Shown here: positions 1-9,116 of the stretch, piece by piece
Numbering within the stretch: position 1 is the stretch's first letter
Layout: the number at the start of each line of letters is the position of its first letter
From: Formosa sp. Hel1_33_131
GTDB taxonomy: Bacteria; Bacteroidota; Bacteroidia; Flavobacteriales; Flavobacteriaceae
Direction of reading: 5' to 3'
Assembly (NCBI RefSeq): GCF_001735745.1
Contig: NZ_CP017260.1
Location: 1,980,001 to 2,012,000, forward strand
DNA: 32,000 nt
Program-made: the position numbers and the translations under genes
Notes under the pieces: generated by a model
Seen by the model: only the letters and a program-made list of their open reading frames with translations
What the model was told of the DNA's origin: nothing
Database searches by the model: none

Positions 1-635
1 CAGTGTTCTTTGACTTCTTCAGCACTCCAATAGCTGTCAATCAATGGTACTTTGGTTACATACTTTGAAGCCACATCAACGCCTTCTTCCCATTTGGAAG
101 ATATGTACATATTTTTAATGGAACGCGTGTTTTCATCCATGAGCTCGTAACGGCAATTGGCTGTTTGTTGTCTCTTAACTCGGTTGATGGTTTTGAAATC
201 GTTTGACAAAATATACTCTGGGCATCCTAAATGCCAAAATTCTAAATCTGCAATTATTTCTTTAAAAAAACGCTTCATCTGGTTGCGCTTCCAAAATTCA
301 TGTATATCTGGATATTGGTGAATACATTTTTGTTGAATAATCCGTTTGTCGTCTTCGTGTGATTCTGAGGCGATTATAAAGCCCGAACCGTAATGGGCTT
401 TCCTGTTGGTTCGCAAACCAGAACGCAAGGAACCAGCACCTCTAATTTTTTTAAGAACTTTTTGAGGATAGTCATTGTTAGCACCCCAAGCTGCAACTTT
501 ACCGTCTTCGTCATCGGTGTGTAAAATAACCGTGGTTACTTGTGCATCTGTTTTTTTACTCGAAGCAAAAGAAACGACCGCTTTTACATTGCCACCTGTA
601 ACGGCTACATCATTGCCGTAAAATTGTGTGCTCAT
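1..635 (-). CDS. Phage protein, 5' part only (211 codons, continues past left edge); putative portal by position
   Basis: Hand translation of the minus strand from ATG 635-633 (MSTQFYGNDVAVTGGNVKAV...) stays open to position 3. It is missing from the ORF track because there is no stop in the window. Its start overlaps the upstream stop (TAATG), and it lies just after the terminase genes. Confidence 0.5.
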   Translation of the reverse strand, partial: MSTQFYGNDVAVTGGNVKAVVSFASSKKTDAQVTTVILHTDDEDGKVAAWGANNDYPQKVLKKIRGAGSLRSGLRTNRKAHYGSGFIIASESHEDDKRIIQQKCIHQYPDIHEFWKRNQMKRFFKEIIADLEFWHLGCPEYILSNDFKTINRVKRQQTANCRYELMDENTRSIKNMYISSKWEEGVDVASKYVTKVPLIDSYWSAEEVKEH

Positions 636-976
636 TAGTAGTGTGTTTTTTTTCCATTAATCGAGGTGATTAATCGGATATGAATTTTTTTAGTTTCTCC
701 GTTTTGAAGTTCTAAATTTCTGGTTCGGTTTTCGTAATGCCGTGGGTTTCGTTTCACTCCTGTTGGTGATTGCAATGCAACCAACATAGAAGCCATTGAA
801 GGTGTGGATTTTTTGGAGCGTAATTTTTTGACTTGATTATATTCTAAATGCTTGCCTCCTGTTTTTGAAAATTTTTGATAAGTTCTAAACGTCACATCAA
901 AAGGAATTGCGTTCCCTTCATGATCGACTCTGTCTATAATTGCGACGGCAGATTTAAAATCAAATCTATTTTTCAT
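635..976 (-). CDS. Hypothetical phage protein, 113 aa, basic
   Basis: ORF track. A conserved promoter cassette lies at 981-1015 immediately upstream, and the stop overlaps the next start. Confidence 0.6.
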   Translation of the reverse strand: MKNRFDFKSAVAIIDRVDHEGNAIPFDVTFRTYQKFSKTGGKHLEYNQVKKLRSKKSTPSMASMLVALQSPTGVKRNPRHYENRTRNLELQNGETKKIHIRLITSINGKKTHY

Positions 977-980
977 AATG

Positions 981-1015
981 CTAAATTAGGAGCATTGCAA
1001 TTTTTAAAATAGGAC
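981..1015 (-). promoter_or_regulatory. Late-promoter-like cassette GTCCTATTTTA-N16-TAATTTAG
   Basis: The minus strand reads GTCCTATTTTA (1015-1005), 16 nt, then TAATTTAG (988-981). The start codon is at 976. Confidence 0.55.
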
Positions 1016-1288
1016 ATAAAAATTTTGTGAGAATTTGAATGAGAACTTCATTATTTTAAATCAAAACATCTGTTTTTTTCTGAATTACATTAATAAATTG
1101 TTTATTCCGTGCCAGTTTTACTGTTAAAATCTCATATTTTTTTTATTAAATTATTGATTTTCAAATTTTTATGTACTTTTTTTACCCTCTCAAATCTCTT
1201 TTTTGACAGTTCCCAACGCCGCATCCTTAGATAAATGACAATTGCCTGTATCGAAAACTAGGGATATATGAATTTTAGGTTACGAAAA

Positions 1289-2806
1289 TCAAATAAATAG
1301 AGGAAGCGTCCAGTGTTCCTTGTCTTCCTTCAATAAATCTTTGTAGATGTCCCAGATAGGGATGTCGAATGCATCCGGTAGGTGAGTGGTGTGCTGTTGC
1401 TTCATGCTCTGGTTACGTTCGTCCTTCTTGACCTTCTGAATGCCATTCTTATCCTCAGCAGCTTCAGCGCGCTCGAGTCCAATGATAAGATCCGGGTTGT
1501 TTTGTTCGTTGATTGCGATGGATGGATAACGTGAACTGGTAGCCTTCAGCATCATGTTCATGAGTATATATTTCCCATTGTGAGGGGCCACAGGCTTACC
1601 TTTACTCTTATCATACACCGTCCACCCCTTCGATTCCAGTAGCCGCACGAGGACATCGCCATAGGTGTCGTTCGTACCCTTCTTGACTCGGGCGTTACCA
1701 TCGTGACCATAATAGAGGTGAAGGACCTTGTTAGGCAGCGGCGCATAGTATTCCACAAAGTTATTAACGAGATCCTCGAGGTCTCGTGTCTCACTAGACT
1801 GAGACGCCCACATGGATTTAAGTACTTTGTATTGATTAGGCAAAGATTGACTAATCACAGCAGAGATAAATACCCCCCAATCGATCGAAAGGATAAGAGG
1901 ACGCCCCTTATCAATGTCATTGTCCTGTTTACAATTGAAAGACTTCTCTGTATAATTAGCGGTAATTCCCTCCAGATAATCGTTATTATAATCGGTATAA
2001 TAATGACTCTTTTTAAGTTGAGGATAAAATCCATTAAGAATCTCCTTAGGCCGTATATTTAATATTTCAGCATTGTAATATAAATCCGATGGTGATTCGT
2101 CCTTCATCTCTTCAAACCATTCTTCCCGTAAATTAAACTTATTGATTAAAGCACTCGCTTTGATAAAGGCATATTTCTCAGGCTTCTTTTTAGCCACTTT
2201 CTCAATATCCGTAAACCAGCGCCCTTTCTTAGTTAAAGGAGTAGAAGAGGCATAAATCTCAGCACCGAGCAAAGAACAATTTTCAAAACGGGCTTCTTTA
2301 GCTCTGTTGGTAGTTTTTACATTCGTAAATAGTTTCTCTGGATCAAACAAAGAAGCTTCATCTCCTAAAATACCAAATGAATTCAAACCACGTCCACTAT
2401 TCGGACTATCGAGCGATACCAATTGAAAAACAGAACCATTCGAAAAATGTATAATGTTATCCCATTTGTCAGGCGCATAGATAGGCTCAGCAAATCCAAG
2501 TTTAGCACCTTTTTTCCCAACAACATAATCATAACCTTCATAAATCCCCAGAGCTGCCAAACCGTTTTTTGTTGATGGAAGTGTCCGGGACAAAATCTGT
2601 TGATACGTAGAACCAACCAAAGCAAACGAAGCACCAGGCATTTGCTTTACCATTTCCTTCATGAAAAATGCCAGAATAAACGATTTACCCGTGCCTCGAC
2701 CCCATTCAAGATATATCTTCGTTTTTCCCAAAACAGTAACCGCCAAGACAGCCGCCAACTGCGCCGCATTCAAAACAATATCTAAGTACTTGCTTACTTT
2801 ACTCAT
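1289..2806 (-). CDS. terL: Terminase large subunit
   Basis: Walker A GRGTGKSF and Walker B-like ILGDEA, about 505 aa. I chose the start at ATG 2806 (MSKVSKYL), which overlaps the upstream stop by 8 nt (ATGAGTAA). Confidence 0.85.
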   Translation of the reverse strand: MSKVSKYLDIVLNAAQLAAVLAVTVLGKTKIYLEWGRGTGKSFILAFFMKEMVKQMPGASFALVGSTYQQILSRTLPSTKNGLAALGIYEGYDYVVGKKGAKLGFAEPIYAPDKWDNIIHFSNGSVFQLVSLDSPNSGRGLNSFGILGDEASLFDPEKLFTNVKTTNRAKEARFENCSLLGAEIYASSTPLTKKGRWFTDIEKVAKKKPEKYAFIKASALINKFNLREEWFEEMKDESPSDLYYNAEILNIRPKEILNGFYPQLKKSHYYTDYNNDYLEGITANYTEKSFNCKQDNDIDKGRPLILSIDWGVFISAVISQSLPNQYKVLKSMWASQSSETRDLEDLVNNFVEYYAPLPNKVLHLYYGHDGNARVKKGTNDTYGDVLVRLLESKGWTVYDKSKGKPVAPHNGKYILMNMMLKATSSRYPSIAINEQNNPDLIIGLERAEAAEDKNGIQKVKKDERNQSMKQQHTTHLPDAFDIPIWDIYKDLLKEDKEHWTLPLFI

Positions 2807-3368
2807 CCTCTTCCACTTCTTGAAATTCAGCATCTACCGTCATGTCGTTGAAGTCTAAAACACCCGTTGTCAAATGGCTTATAATCGCATCCGTCACCTC
2901 TTTAGGAATAGACATCTTAACAGGCTTATTGTCTAGTTTTTCAGGGTTGTAATTAATGGCATTTTCATTGTCAATATCTGAGTATTTACCCAACAAAGTC
3001 AAAGCCGTTCCTATGGCTTTCAGGTCCTTTGCCTTAATAGCCATCAATAAATACTTATGCGAATATTCATACAAGATTGACAAAGTGCCATCTCGATCCG
3101 CTTTCATCACATTACCAAACAACCGCTCTGCATCCCGAAGATCCCGATAGGCTTGCGCGCGACTGATTTCGTATTTTTCCATTAAAACGTTGGTCGATTG
3201 CTCTCTGGAGTGGAAATTTTGACGCAATGCAAATGCCGCCAACCAACGGTCTTTTATTTCTGTTTGGTTGGCGGTCAGTGGGTATTTTGTAGAATCCTTG
3301 TAATACGCAAAAAGCTTGTCAAAAGTAGAATCGCCTGTTTTTATTGTTGGTAGTTTTGATATTGCCAT
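2799..3368 (-). CDS. Putative terminase small subunit / DNA-binding packaging protein
   Basis: 189 aa directly upstream of and overlapping terL. It has an HTH-like segment (ISRAQAYRDLRDAERLF) and an acidic tail. The call rests on position only. Confidence 0.45.
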   Translation of the reverse strand: MAISKLPTIKTGDSTFDKLFAYYKDSTKYPLTANQTEIKDRWLAAFALRQNFHSREQSTNVLMEKYEISRAQAYRDLRDAERLFGNVMKADRDGTLSILYEYSHKYLLMAIKAKDLKAIGTALTLLGKYSDIDNENAINYNPEKLDNKPVKMSIPKEVTDAIISHLTTGVLDFNDMTVDAEFQEVEEDE

Positions 3369-3372
3369 AATA

Positions 3373-3407
3373 CAAAACTGGCAATTGTCAACTTTTTAGA
3401 ATAGGAC
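3373..3407 (-). promoter_or_regulatory. Late-promoter-like cassette GTCCTATTCTA-N16-CAGTTTTG with palindrome-like spacer
   Basis: Minus strand has GTCCTATTCTA (3407-3397) and the box CAGTTTTG (3380-3373). The spacer contains TGGCAATTGTCAA. ATG is at 3368. Confidence 0.55.
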
Positions 3408-3435
3408 AAAAAAAAACTACCTTTAGAAGTAGTTT
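3408..3435 (-). terminator. Intrinsic terminator after the ParB-like gene
   Basis: Stem AAACTAC/GTAGTTT (3414-3420 / 3429-3435) is followed on the minus strand by a U9 run (3416-3408). It overlaps the stop codon at 3434-3436. Confidence 0.65.
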
Positions 3436-3823
3436 AATTTTCAATCATAACTAAAAAATTTAGTATAATATCTCCAAAAACTTCATCTAAAATATCAGTA
3501 TCCCAAAAACCAACCGAAACGTTCGAAACAATATTATATTCCTTAAACTCCTGTTCCGAAAGTGTGCGGTTTGGAAGTCGCACATCAATAAGCTCCTCGC
3601 CCCGTCCTAAGTCCATCAGCACCTTAACACGTTGGTGACCGGCTATGATAGTCAGATCCGTATTAACTACCGGGATTTCAGCCAAATTGTAACGTTTCAA
3701 ACTTTTTTTAAGTTTTTCCAGACGTTCTGGAGTAATTTTTCGAGGATTGTAATTGTAAGGAACCAAGTCCTTAACCTTTCGTTGTTCCGTGTGCCATTCT
3801 AAAGGCGCTAATGTTTCACTCAT
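3434..3823 (-). CDS. ParB-like nuclease domain protein
   Basis: N-terminal ParB/sulfiredoxin-type motifs (NPRKITPERLEKLKKSL, IIAGHQRVKVL). ATGA overlap with the upstream gene. Confidence 0.75.
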   Translation of the reverse strand: MSETLAPLEWHTEQRKVKDLVPYNYNPRKITPERLEKLKKSLKRYNLAEIPVVNTDLTIIAGHQRVKVLMDLGRGEELIDVRLPNRTLSEQEFKEYNIVSNVSVGFWDTDILDEVFGDIILNFLVMIEN

Positions 3824-4536
3824 TTCTCATTTATTAAATTAGTTAATTGTTGCGCTTCATACTCATGCTGGAGCAACGTGCGCTCCGCCTTTTCAAAAGC
3901 AATTTTTAATTTTGTAGAATCCGATTTGGACAATTTTTGTCCAAACTGTTTTTTAAGGACTTCAACCTTCTTTTTATGCTTAGAAATTGTCGCTTTTTTA
4001 TTCCCTCGAGTTTGAATCAACTGAGCTGGCGTCAAATCCTCAAAACTCCGAGGCTTGATATTCAAAACAACCTTGTGTTTCTTGTAATAATCCAATACTT
4101 TTTGAGACGTTTCAATCGCATCAAACAGATCTTCAATCATAATACACAACTTCAAAGCCGCCCCTTCTTCGTCCGGATGGAGCGCAGTAAGCTGCAAATG
4201 CAAAGAACAGGCACGTTTATAATTAGTGCTTTGTTCAATCAACATCGGATGCAATCCTATTGGCATTTCATTAATCCTATAAAATCCTCCAGAACTATGT
4301 TTGGTCACCACAGGCGTTGGCGTCTGAATCTTGGTTATAGGCTCTTGATCTTTAACACTAGGATCTTCAGCCTCCCGAAACTTCCCAAGCTCATACGCCA
4401 ACTTCTCAGCATTGGCAAGGCTTTCTTTTCGCAAAAACAACCGAACCAAATTGGCACTATGCCCTTTTATGGACGCATACAATAAAACACCTTCGTTGTA
4501 TTGACATCCGCCATCAAACCAATTATTAATTTTCAT
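3820..4536 (-). CDS. Hypothetical phage protein, 238 aa
   Basis: ORF track. It has its own promoter cassette upstream and is translationally coupled to the ParB-like gene. Confidence 0.6.
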   Translation of the reverse strand: MKINNWFDGGCQYNEGVLLYASIKGHSANLVRLFLRKESLANAEKLAYELGKFREAEDPSVKDQEPITKIQTPTPVVTKHSSGGFYRINEMPIGLHPMLIEQSTNYKRACSLHLQLTALHPDEEGAALKLCIMIEDLFDAIETSQKVLDYYKKHKVVLNIKPRSFEDLTPAQLIQTRGNKKATISKHKKKVEVLKKQFGQKLSKSDSTKLKIAFEKAERTLLQHEYEAQQLTNLINEK

Positions 4537-4540
4537 AGCG

Positions 4541-4575
4541 TAAAATTGACAATTGTCAACTTTTTAGAATAGGAC
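4541..4575 (-). promoter_or_regulatory. Late-promoter-like cassette GTCCTATTCTA-N16-CAATTTTA containing the perfect palindrome TTGACAATTGTCAA
   Basis: Minus strand has GTCCTATTCTA (4575-4565) and the box at 4548-4541. The palindrome is at 4546-4559. ATG is at 4536. Confidence 0.55.
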
Positions 4576-4577
4576 AT

Positions 4578-4605
4578 AAAAAAAACCACTGTTTAGAGTG
4601 GTTTT
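4578..4605 (-). terminator. Intrinsic terminator after the secreted-protein gene
   Basis: Stem AAAACCACT/AGTGGTTTT followed by a U8 run on the minus strand. Confidence 0.65.
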
Positions 4606-4628
4606 AATTTTTATTTGAAAGTCAAATT

Positions 4629-5081
4629 CTATACCAGATAATTACCAGTCCAAAATTCATTTTTTAAGTTATTTGATACAGAATCTTTAAAACTACAATA
4701 CGGTTGAATCCTATATCTAATCGCATGGTTCTGTAAATCAATCGACTCATTTAATTTTTGATTATAAATTAAATTCAGATCACCAATAGGACTTCCGGGG
4801 TCCATAAACGAGTAACTATCCGGACTGGAATTTGAAGTTAAAAAGTAAGTTTCAAAAATAGGTGTCGATACATCTGGAGCTTCCGTAAACTGAAACACCG
4901 AACACTCTAAAAGAATTGTTGAATCCGTTACCGTACTTGTATCTGAAACAGTCAGAACAATAGGAACGTCTTGAAACACATCATTGTGGGAATCAACAAA
5001 AATAGGAACCGTGGCCACGCTAGCACTGGCAATTGATAAGAACCCGAAAAATACGAGTAATAGGCTAAATAAATTTTTCAT
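4629..5081 (-). CDS. Secreted protein, 150 aa, with N-terminal signal peptide
   Basis: I moved the start to MKNLFSLLLVFFGFLSIASA (ATG 5081). The upstream part of the tracked ORF covers the promoter cassette. The gene is bracketed by terminator-promoter cassettes. Confidence 0.6.
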   Translation of the reverse strand: MKNLFSLLLVFFGFLSIASASVATVPIFVDSHNDVFQDVPIVLTVSDTSTVTDSTILLECSVFQFTEAPDVSTPIFETYFLTSNSSPDSYSFMDPGSPIGDLNLIYNQKLNESIDLQNHAIRYRIQPYCSFKDSVSNNLKNEFWTGNYLV

Positions 5082-5117
5082 AGAAATGAATTTTAAGATT
5101 AATAATTTATTGAGTAC

Positions 5118-5152
5118 CAAAATTGACAATTTCCAAAATTTTAAAATAGGAC
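5118..5152 (-). promoter_or_regulatory. Late-promoter-like cassette GTCCTATTTTA-N16-CAATTTTG
   Basis: Minus strand has the motif at 5152-5142 and the box at 5125-5118. The spacer holds TTGACAATTTCCAA (12/14 match to the palindrome). Confidence 0.55.
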
Positions 5153-5181
5153 AAAAAAAAGCCACTCCCTAAAAGAGTGAC
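5153..5181 (-). terminator. Intrinsic terminator after the 188-aa structural gene
   Basis: Minus-strand RNA GUCACUC-UUUUAGG-GAGUGGC (one G-U pair) followed by U8. Confidence 0.6.
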
Positions 5182-5216
5182 TTTTCCCACCAAATCTAAC
5201 TAAAATTTGTTTTGTA

Positions 5217-5783
5217 TTACGGAGCTTGAACCGTAATAGCACCCTTATAAATAGGGGCATCATACAACTGCTTATCTTGAAAAACAAGCGTAGTTGTGTT
5301 TTCACCTTCCGTAGTGGCTTCAATCTTACTTGAAGACTCCAATAAACGCCCTGCATATTTTGCAGATCCAATCTGTCTCACTTGACCGTTTCCAAATTCT
5401 GGTGCCAAAACAATTAAGTCTCGACCTTTACACAAACGCTTAAATCCTAAGATCTCAGCTTTGGATCCTAAAATTTGAACCGTCAATTTATTTTCTTGTG
5501 CCGGAGACATTGTTGGACTTCCAATCTGAGCCGTTTCCAAACCAACCGTTTCCGAGATCGCTTTAATTTTGGTAAACCCAAAACCAGCGTTGAAAGTATG
5601 ATCGGCCGCAATTTCAACCAAACCTTCCAAAGTCGTTGCAGCACCAGTACCACAACGTGGACTCGGTTCTGTCAGCGATGCAAAATTCTCTAAAAATCCA
5701 ACGTAAACTTCCGTGTGCGAAAAACCTCCAGTAACTTCACAATCCCCTGCGCCGCCTATTGCTTCTACTTTTATTATTGCCAT
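5217..5783 (-). CDS. Putative virion structural protein, 188 aa
   Basis: ORF track. It sits in the head module two genes after the capsid gene. I recognised no motif. Confidence 0.5.
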   Translation of the reverse strand: MAIIKVEAIGGAGDCEVTGGFSHTEVYVGFLENFASLTEPSPRCGTGAATTLEGLVEIAADHTFNAGFGFTKIKAISETVGLETAQIGSPTMSPAQENKLTVQILGSKAEILGFKRLCKGRDLIVLAPEFGNGQVRQIGSAKYAGRLLESSSKIEATTEGENTTTLVFQDKQLYDAPIYKGAITVQAP

Positions 5784-5784
5784 G

Positions 5785-6246
5785 CTATATCTCTTTTAAA
5801 AGGTTAAATTTAGACTTAATCAAATCAGCCATAAGAGACTTATCCTTCACAGCTTCAGAAGCTTCGTACTTATCCCCCTTAAATCGGAACGCGTTCACGC
5901 CAAATTGATAGGTTTTATTGCCAGACTCATAAACAGCCCCTTCGCTATCGTCTGTTGTTTCAGCTTTTTCAGCCAACTCAGCACGAAGCAATTCAACAAC
6001 ACCTTCAGAAGCCTTCAAAGCTTCTTTACCTGTTTGAACTTTTGTCTTTTCAGCCGTTAAGTCAACAGTAAGCGTATTGTTTTTAGTATTGGAAACTTCC
6101 AGAGCTTCTTGTGTTTTGGCAAGCTGTCCATTAATAATAGGATGCTCTGCAACCTTAATCAAATTGCTTATTTCCGTATTTGTAGCACCTTCCGGAACTT
6201 GAATTTCAAGTTCCGCCGAACGTGCTAATAATTGTTCTTTATTCAT
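5785..6246 (-). CDS. Coiled-coil head-module protein, 153 aa
   Basis: ORF track. The sequence is Glu/Lys/Ala-rich and helical, and the gene lies directly after the capsid gene. Confidence 0.5.
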   Translation of the reverse strand: MNKEQLLARSAELEIQVPEGATNTEISNLIKVAEHPIINGQLAKTQEALEVSNTKNNTLTVDLTAEKTKVQTGKEALKASEGVVELLRAELAEKAETTDDSEGAVYESGNKTYQFGVNAFRFKGDKYEASEAVKDKSLMADLIKSKFNLLKEI

Positions 6247-6270
6247 AGTTTCTAAATTTTAAAGGTTATG

Positions 6271-7224
6271 CTATACCCAGCTACTTACGTAAACGAGTTC
6301 GTTATAGCCAAATCCAAGGCCTTCCCACCAATCCGTCATCAAAAAGACTTCTCTTTTGCTCTCTTCAACTTTTGGTTTGTTCATTCCATTAGTACGTCTT
6401 AGGTACAAGAAATTATCAACAGGCGTCGCCCATAAGTATTTTTCACCAGCCATAGACGGCAATCCAACCAATTCACAGGTAGTAAAATCAATCGTTGGTT
6501 TGTTTGGATCGTAATTAATATCCATTCCGTGCGTATTACGCTTATCTCGGTTATACCATTTCAAAATCTTCGGATCCATATAAACGCGCATTTTTGTGCC
6601 AGCCAATGCATTGTCAAAACTATCCGTAAACTCTTCGATCACATCAAAAGCATTTGCTTGAGTAATAGCAGCACTCAGAGCTACCGACTGCATTGGTTGA
6701 GTTGTATTTGCCAAACCATCAACCAATAATTTCTTAACCCCGTCCAAAGTAGCAACTGCAGCACCAGCAGTACCAACAGTCGCAGCGGCATACGTTCCTT
6801 TAAAATAAGCTTTCAACTCCAGGTCCTCAGCCATCTGTGGAATGACATCATTTTCTAACATGTAACGGACAATTGGCCAGTTCTTGCGCTCAGCTTCGTC
6901 AATAGAACCTAAGAATCCTAACCAAGACCCTTTTACATCGTCTGGAAATAATTCTAAATCAATTTTTAAATTGCGCAAACGAATTTCGTTTGGTAAAAAT
7001 TCCAACGTCCCTTTGGCCGTAAAATTCTTTTGAAACTGTTGAACAATTTCACCCAATCGAGTGTTGGCAAATCGATACACTTCACCATCATATACAATGG
7101 GTTTTGCATAACTGGTCGTTTTTGATTTCTGGCGCAATTGCGTCATTAATCGTTTTTCGTTTTGTCCTTCTGGAATATAGTAAGACCCAAACTGAGTCAC
7201 TATTGCTGTTTTTGTTATTCCCAT
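6271..7224 (-). CDS. Putative major capsid protein
   Basis: 317 aa, immediately downstream of the prohead protease-scaffold gene. The size and position are typical of a capsid gene, but the fold was not verified. Confidence 0.65.
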   Translation of the reverse strand: MGITKTAIVTQFGSYYIPEGQNEKRLMTQLRQKSKTTSYAKPIVYDGEVYRFANTRLGEIVQQFQKNFTAKGTLEFLPNEIRLRNLKIDLELFPDDVKGSWLGFLGSIDEAERKNWPIVRYMLENDVIPQMAEDLELKAYFKGTYAAATVGTAGAAVATLDGVKKLLVDGLANTTQPMQSVALSAAITQANAFDVIEEFTDSFDNALAGTKMRVYMDPKILKWYNRDKRNTHGMDINYDPNKPTIDFTTCELVGLPSMAGEKYLWATPVDNFLYLRRTNGMNKPKVEESKREVFLMTDWWEGLGFGYNELVYVSSWV

Positions 7225-7242
7225 TTTATTTTTTTTTTGAGA

Positions 7243-8565
7243 TTAATAATTCATATCTGCAGAGATGTCCATCCCTTCGATTACATTCGGATTGTCGTCG
7301 TCTGCATTTTCAGGACCATCTAAACTCGTTGATGGCTTAGCACCATCCGCAGCACCATATTCTGCAACCAATGCAGAGAGGGCTGCAACACCTTGTTCGT
7401 TGCTCATTGTAGCAGCACCTTCTACTTCAGCAGTTGCCAAAGCATTTTGGATCGCTGTTGTAACCGTTGTACTCGTAGCGGTTAAGCCTGTTATTTTTTC
7501 ATCTAAAGCAGTGGCTTCAGTCGCCGCCGTAGCTATTGCCGTGTCATTTTCAGACAATCGGTTTTCAAGCGCAGTGGCTTGTGCATCCGTCAAAATGATG
7601 CCCTGTTCGGTTTCTCCTTCAGCAAAAGAACTTCCGATGACTGCCTCTATTAAAGGCACTTTTAAATCGCTCATTGTATTTTTTTTAGAGTTATTTTTAT
7701 TTGAATTATTTGGAGTCGTTTTTGACAGTTCAAAAACTTTATCAATTGCAGTTTGTAAGGTTCCAATCTGGTCGATTAGACCGTTTGACAATGAATCTTC
7801 AGCATTATAAACGCCACCGGACAAAACGGATTCGTTTAAATTACTTCTAACTGAAGTCATATCGTTATGAAATGTGTCGACAATAGGATCTAAAACATTT
7901 TTTATATAACCTTTAGGGTCACCGTTCAATAAGTCCTCAAAGTCTTTATTTTTGTCAGTTGATTTTGTAGCATATTCTGTAATCACCTTAGCTCCTTTTT
8001 TTTCATAGAAGCCTTTCATATTAACAAAACTTGTCATCGCTCCAATACTGCCAATAGAATCAGCACGTTTATTGGCAACAACATGACTCGCAGCACTGCC
8101 TATATAATAAGCAGCACTACACATCAAACCATCGGTATAAGAAACAACAGGTTTTGAATAGTTTTTAATAAAATCGTGAAATTCAGGCGTTCCTGAAACT
8201 TGACCGCCACCGCTATCAATATCTAAAACAACACCCTTACAATTCGGATCCGACTCGTGTCGAGCCATTATTTGCTGTTTGGTCTTAGTCCCATTAGGAC
8301 CACATTCTTGATTGTATTTAAAAATTGGATTTTTTAAAGAAACGACTAAAACATAACCATCTTTATTGGTTTGGTTATTAAATGTTTGAGCAGAAACAGA
8401 AACAGATCCTTGCACTATAAATTCTTCAGAAATAAAATCTTCTTTATTTGAAGCTGGCATTTTTCCACTTAAAATGGAATATAGAGAAGGTAACAATGTA
8501 TGTCCGTAGGATTCATTTATAAACCAACGACCACCAACTAAAGAATGTAAATTATTTAAATTCAT
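7243..8565 (-). CDS. S49-family (SppA/ClpP-like) prohead protease fused to an Ala/Thr-rich scaffold-like C-terminus
   Basis: Motifs VVLDIDSGGGQVSG and MCSAAYYIGSAA are typical of S49 peptidases. The C-terminal ~150 aa are low-complexity, helical and acidic. Confidence 0.8.
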   Translation of the reverse strand: MNLNNLHSLVGGRWFINESYGHTLLPSLYSILSGKMPASNKEDFISEEFIVQGSVSVSAQTFNNQTNKDGYVLVVSLKNPIFKYNQECGPNGTKTKQQIMARHESDPNCKGVVLDIDSGGGQVSGTPEFHDFIKNYSKPVVSYTDGLMCSAAYYIGSAASHVVANKRADSIGSIGAMTSFVNMKGFYEKKGAKVITEYATKSTDKNKDFEDLLNGDPKGYIKNVLDPIVDTFHNDMTSVRSNLNESVLSGGVYNAEDSLSNGLIDQIGTLQTAIDKVFELSKTTPNNSNKNNSKKNTMSDLKVPLIEAVIGSSFAEGETEQGIILTDAQATALENRLSENDTAIATAATEATALDEKITGLTATSTTVTTAIQNALATAEVEGAATMSNEQGVAALSALVAEYGAADGAKPSTSLDGPENADDDNPNVIEGMDISADMNY

Positions 8566-8589
8566 TTATAACATGCTTTTTGCACGTTA

Positions 8590-8624
8590 CAAACATAGCT
8601 TCACCCTACTTTTTAAAATAGGAC
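8590..8624 (-). promoter_or_regulatory. Late-promoter-like cassette GTCCTATTTTA-N16-TATGTTTG (perfect -7 box)
   Basis: Minus strand has the motif at 8624-8614 and TATGTTTG at 8597-8590. ATG is at 8565. Confidence 0.6.
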
Positions 8625-8642
8625 ACAAAAATAAGAGGGACT

Positions 8643-9116
8643 TTAATCATTGATAAACACGGGTTTCTGTGGAATTTTTCCAGATACAAGCACTTTAATT
8701 GCAGAGCCATCCTCGTACTTAATTCCATTAACCAATTGATATTCCAAAGCCAACGGACACTTTTTAGAACCATATATTTTTTGTTGTCCAAAATGCTTAA
8801 TCCCAACCAAAATCACTTTTTTATGTATTCGTTTATTCAAATACGTATCCAATTCTTTCGTCTGAATTTGACACGTAAATTCTCCTTTAATATTATAGAC
8901 AACTCCAGCCTTTGTTTTTTTGGATGTTTCTCGGATTTTTATAGACTCTCGGACGGGCAAAATATCAATGTGATCCGTAGGAGGATTAATAACAATACTG
9001 GAGGCATTGGCATTGGTCAGCAAGTCAGGGCAACTCGTTACATGGTCAATTTCATATATATTAAAACTAAACCAACCGCCTGGCTGTTCGTTTAAAGAGG
9101 TATTTATATCTGCCAT
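8643..9116 (-). CDS. Hypothetical phage protein, 157 aa
   Basis: ORF track, in the late operon. Confidence 0.55.
   Translation of the reverse strand: MADINTSLNEQPGGWFSFNIYEIDHVTSCPDLLTNANASSIVINPPTDHIDILPVRESIKIRETSKKTKAGVVYNIKGEFTCQIQTKELDTYLNKRIHKKVILVGIKHFGQQKIYGSKKCPLALEYQLVNGIKYEDGSAIKVLVSGKIPQKPVFIND

Noticed and set aside
1558-2858. Several 60-120-aa ORFs on both strands within the terminase gene
   Set aside because: They are embedded in a gene with clear Walker motifs and are typical shadow frames.
3937-4485. 182-aa plus-strand ORF
   Set aside because: It lies entirely inside minus-strand gene 3820..4536, which has a promoter cassette and translational coupling. The plus frame is an AT-rich shadow ORF.
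7265-7810. 181-aa plus-strand ORF (Ala/Ser/Val-rich)
   Set aside because: It is fully antisense to the Ala/Thr-rich scaffold region of the S49 protease gene. It is a low-complexity mirror of that region with no independent start context.
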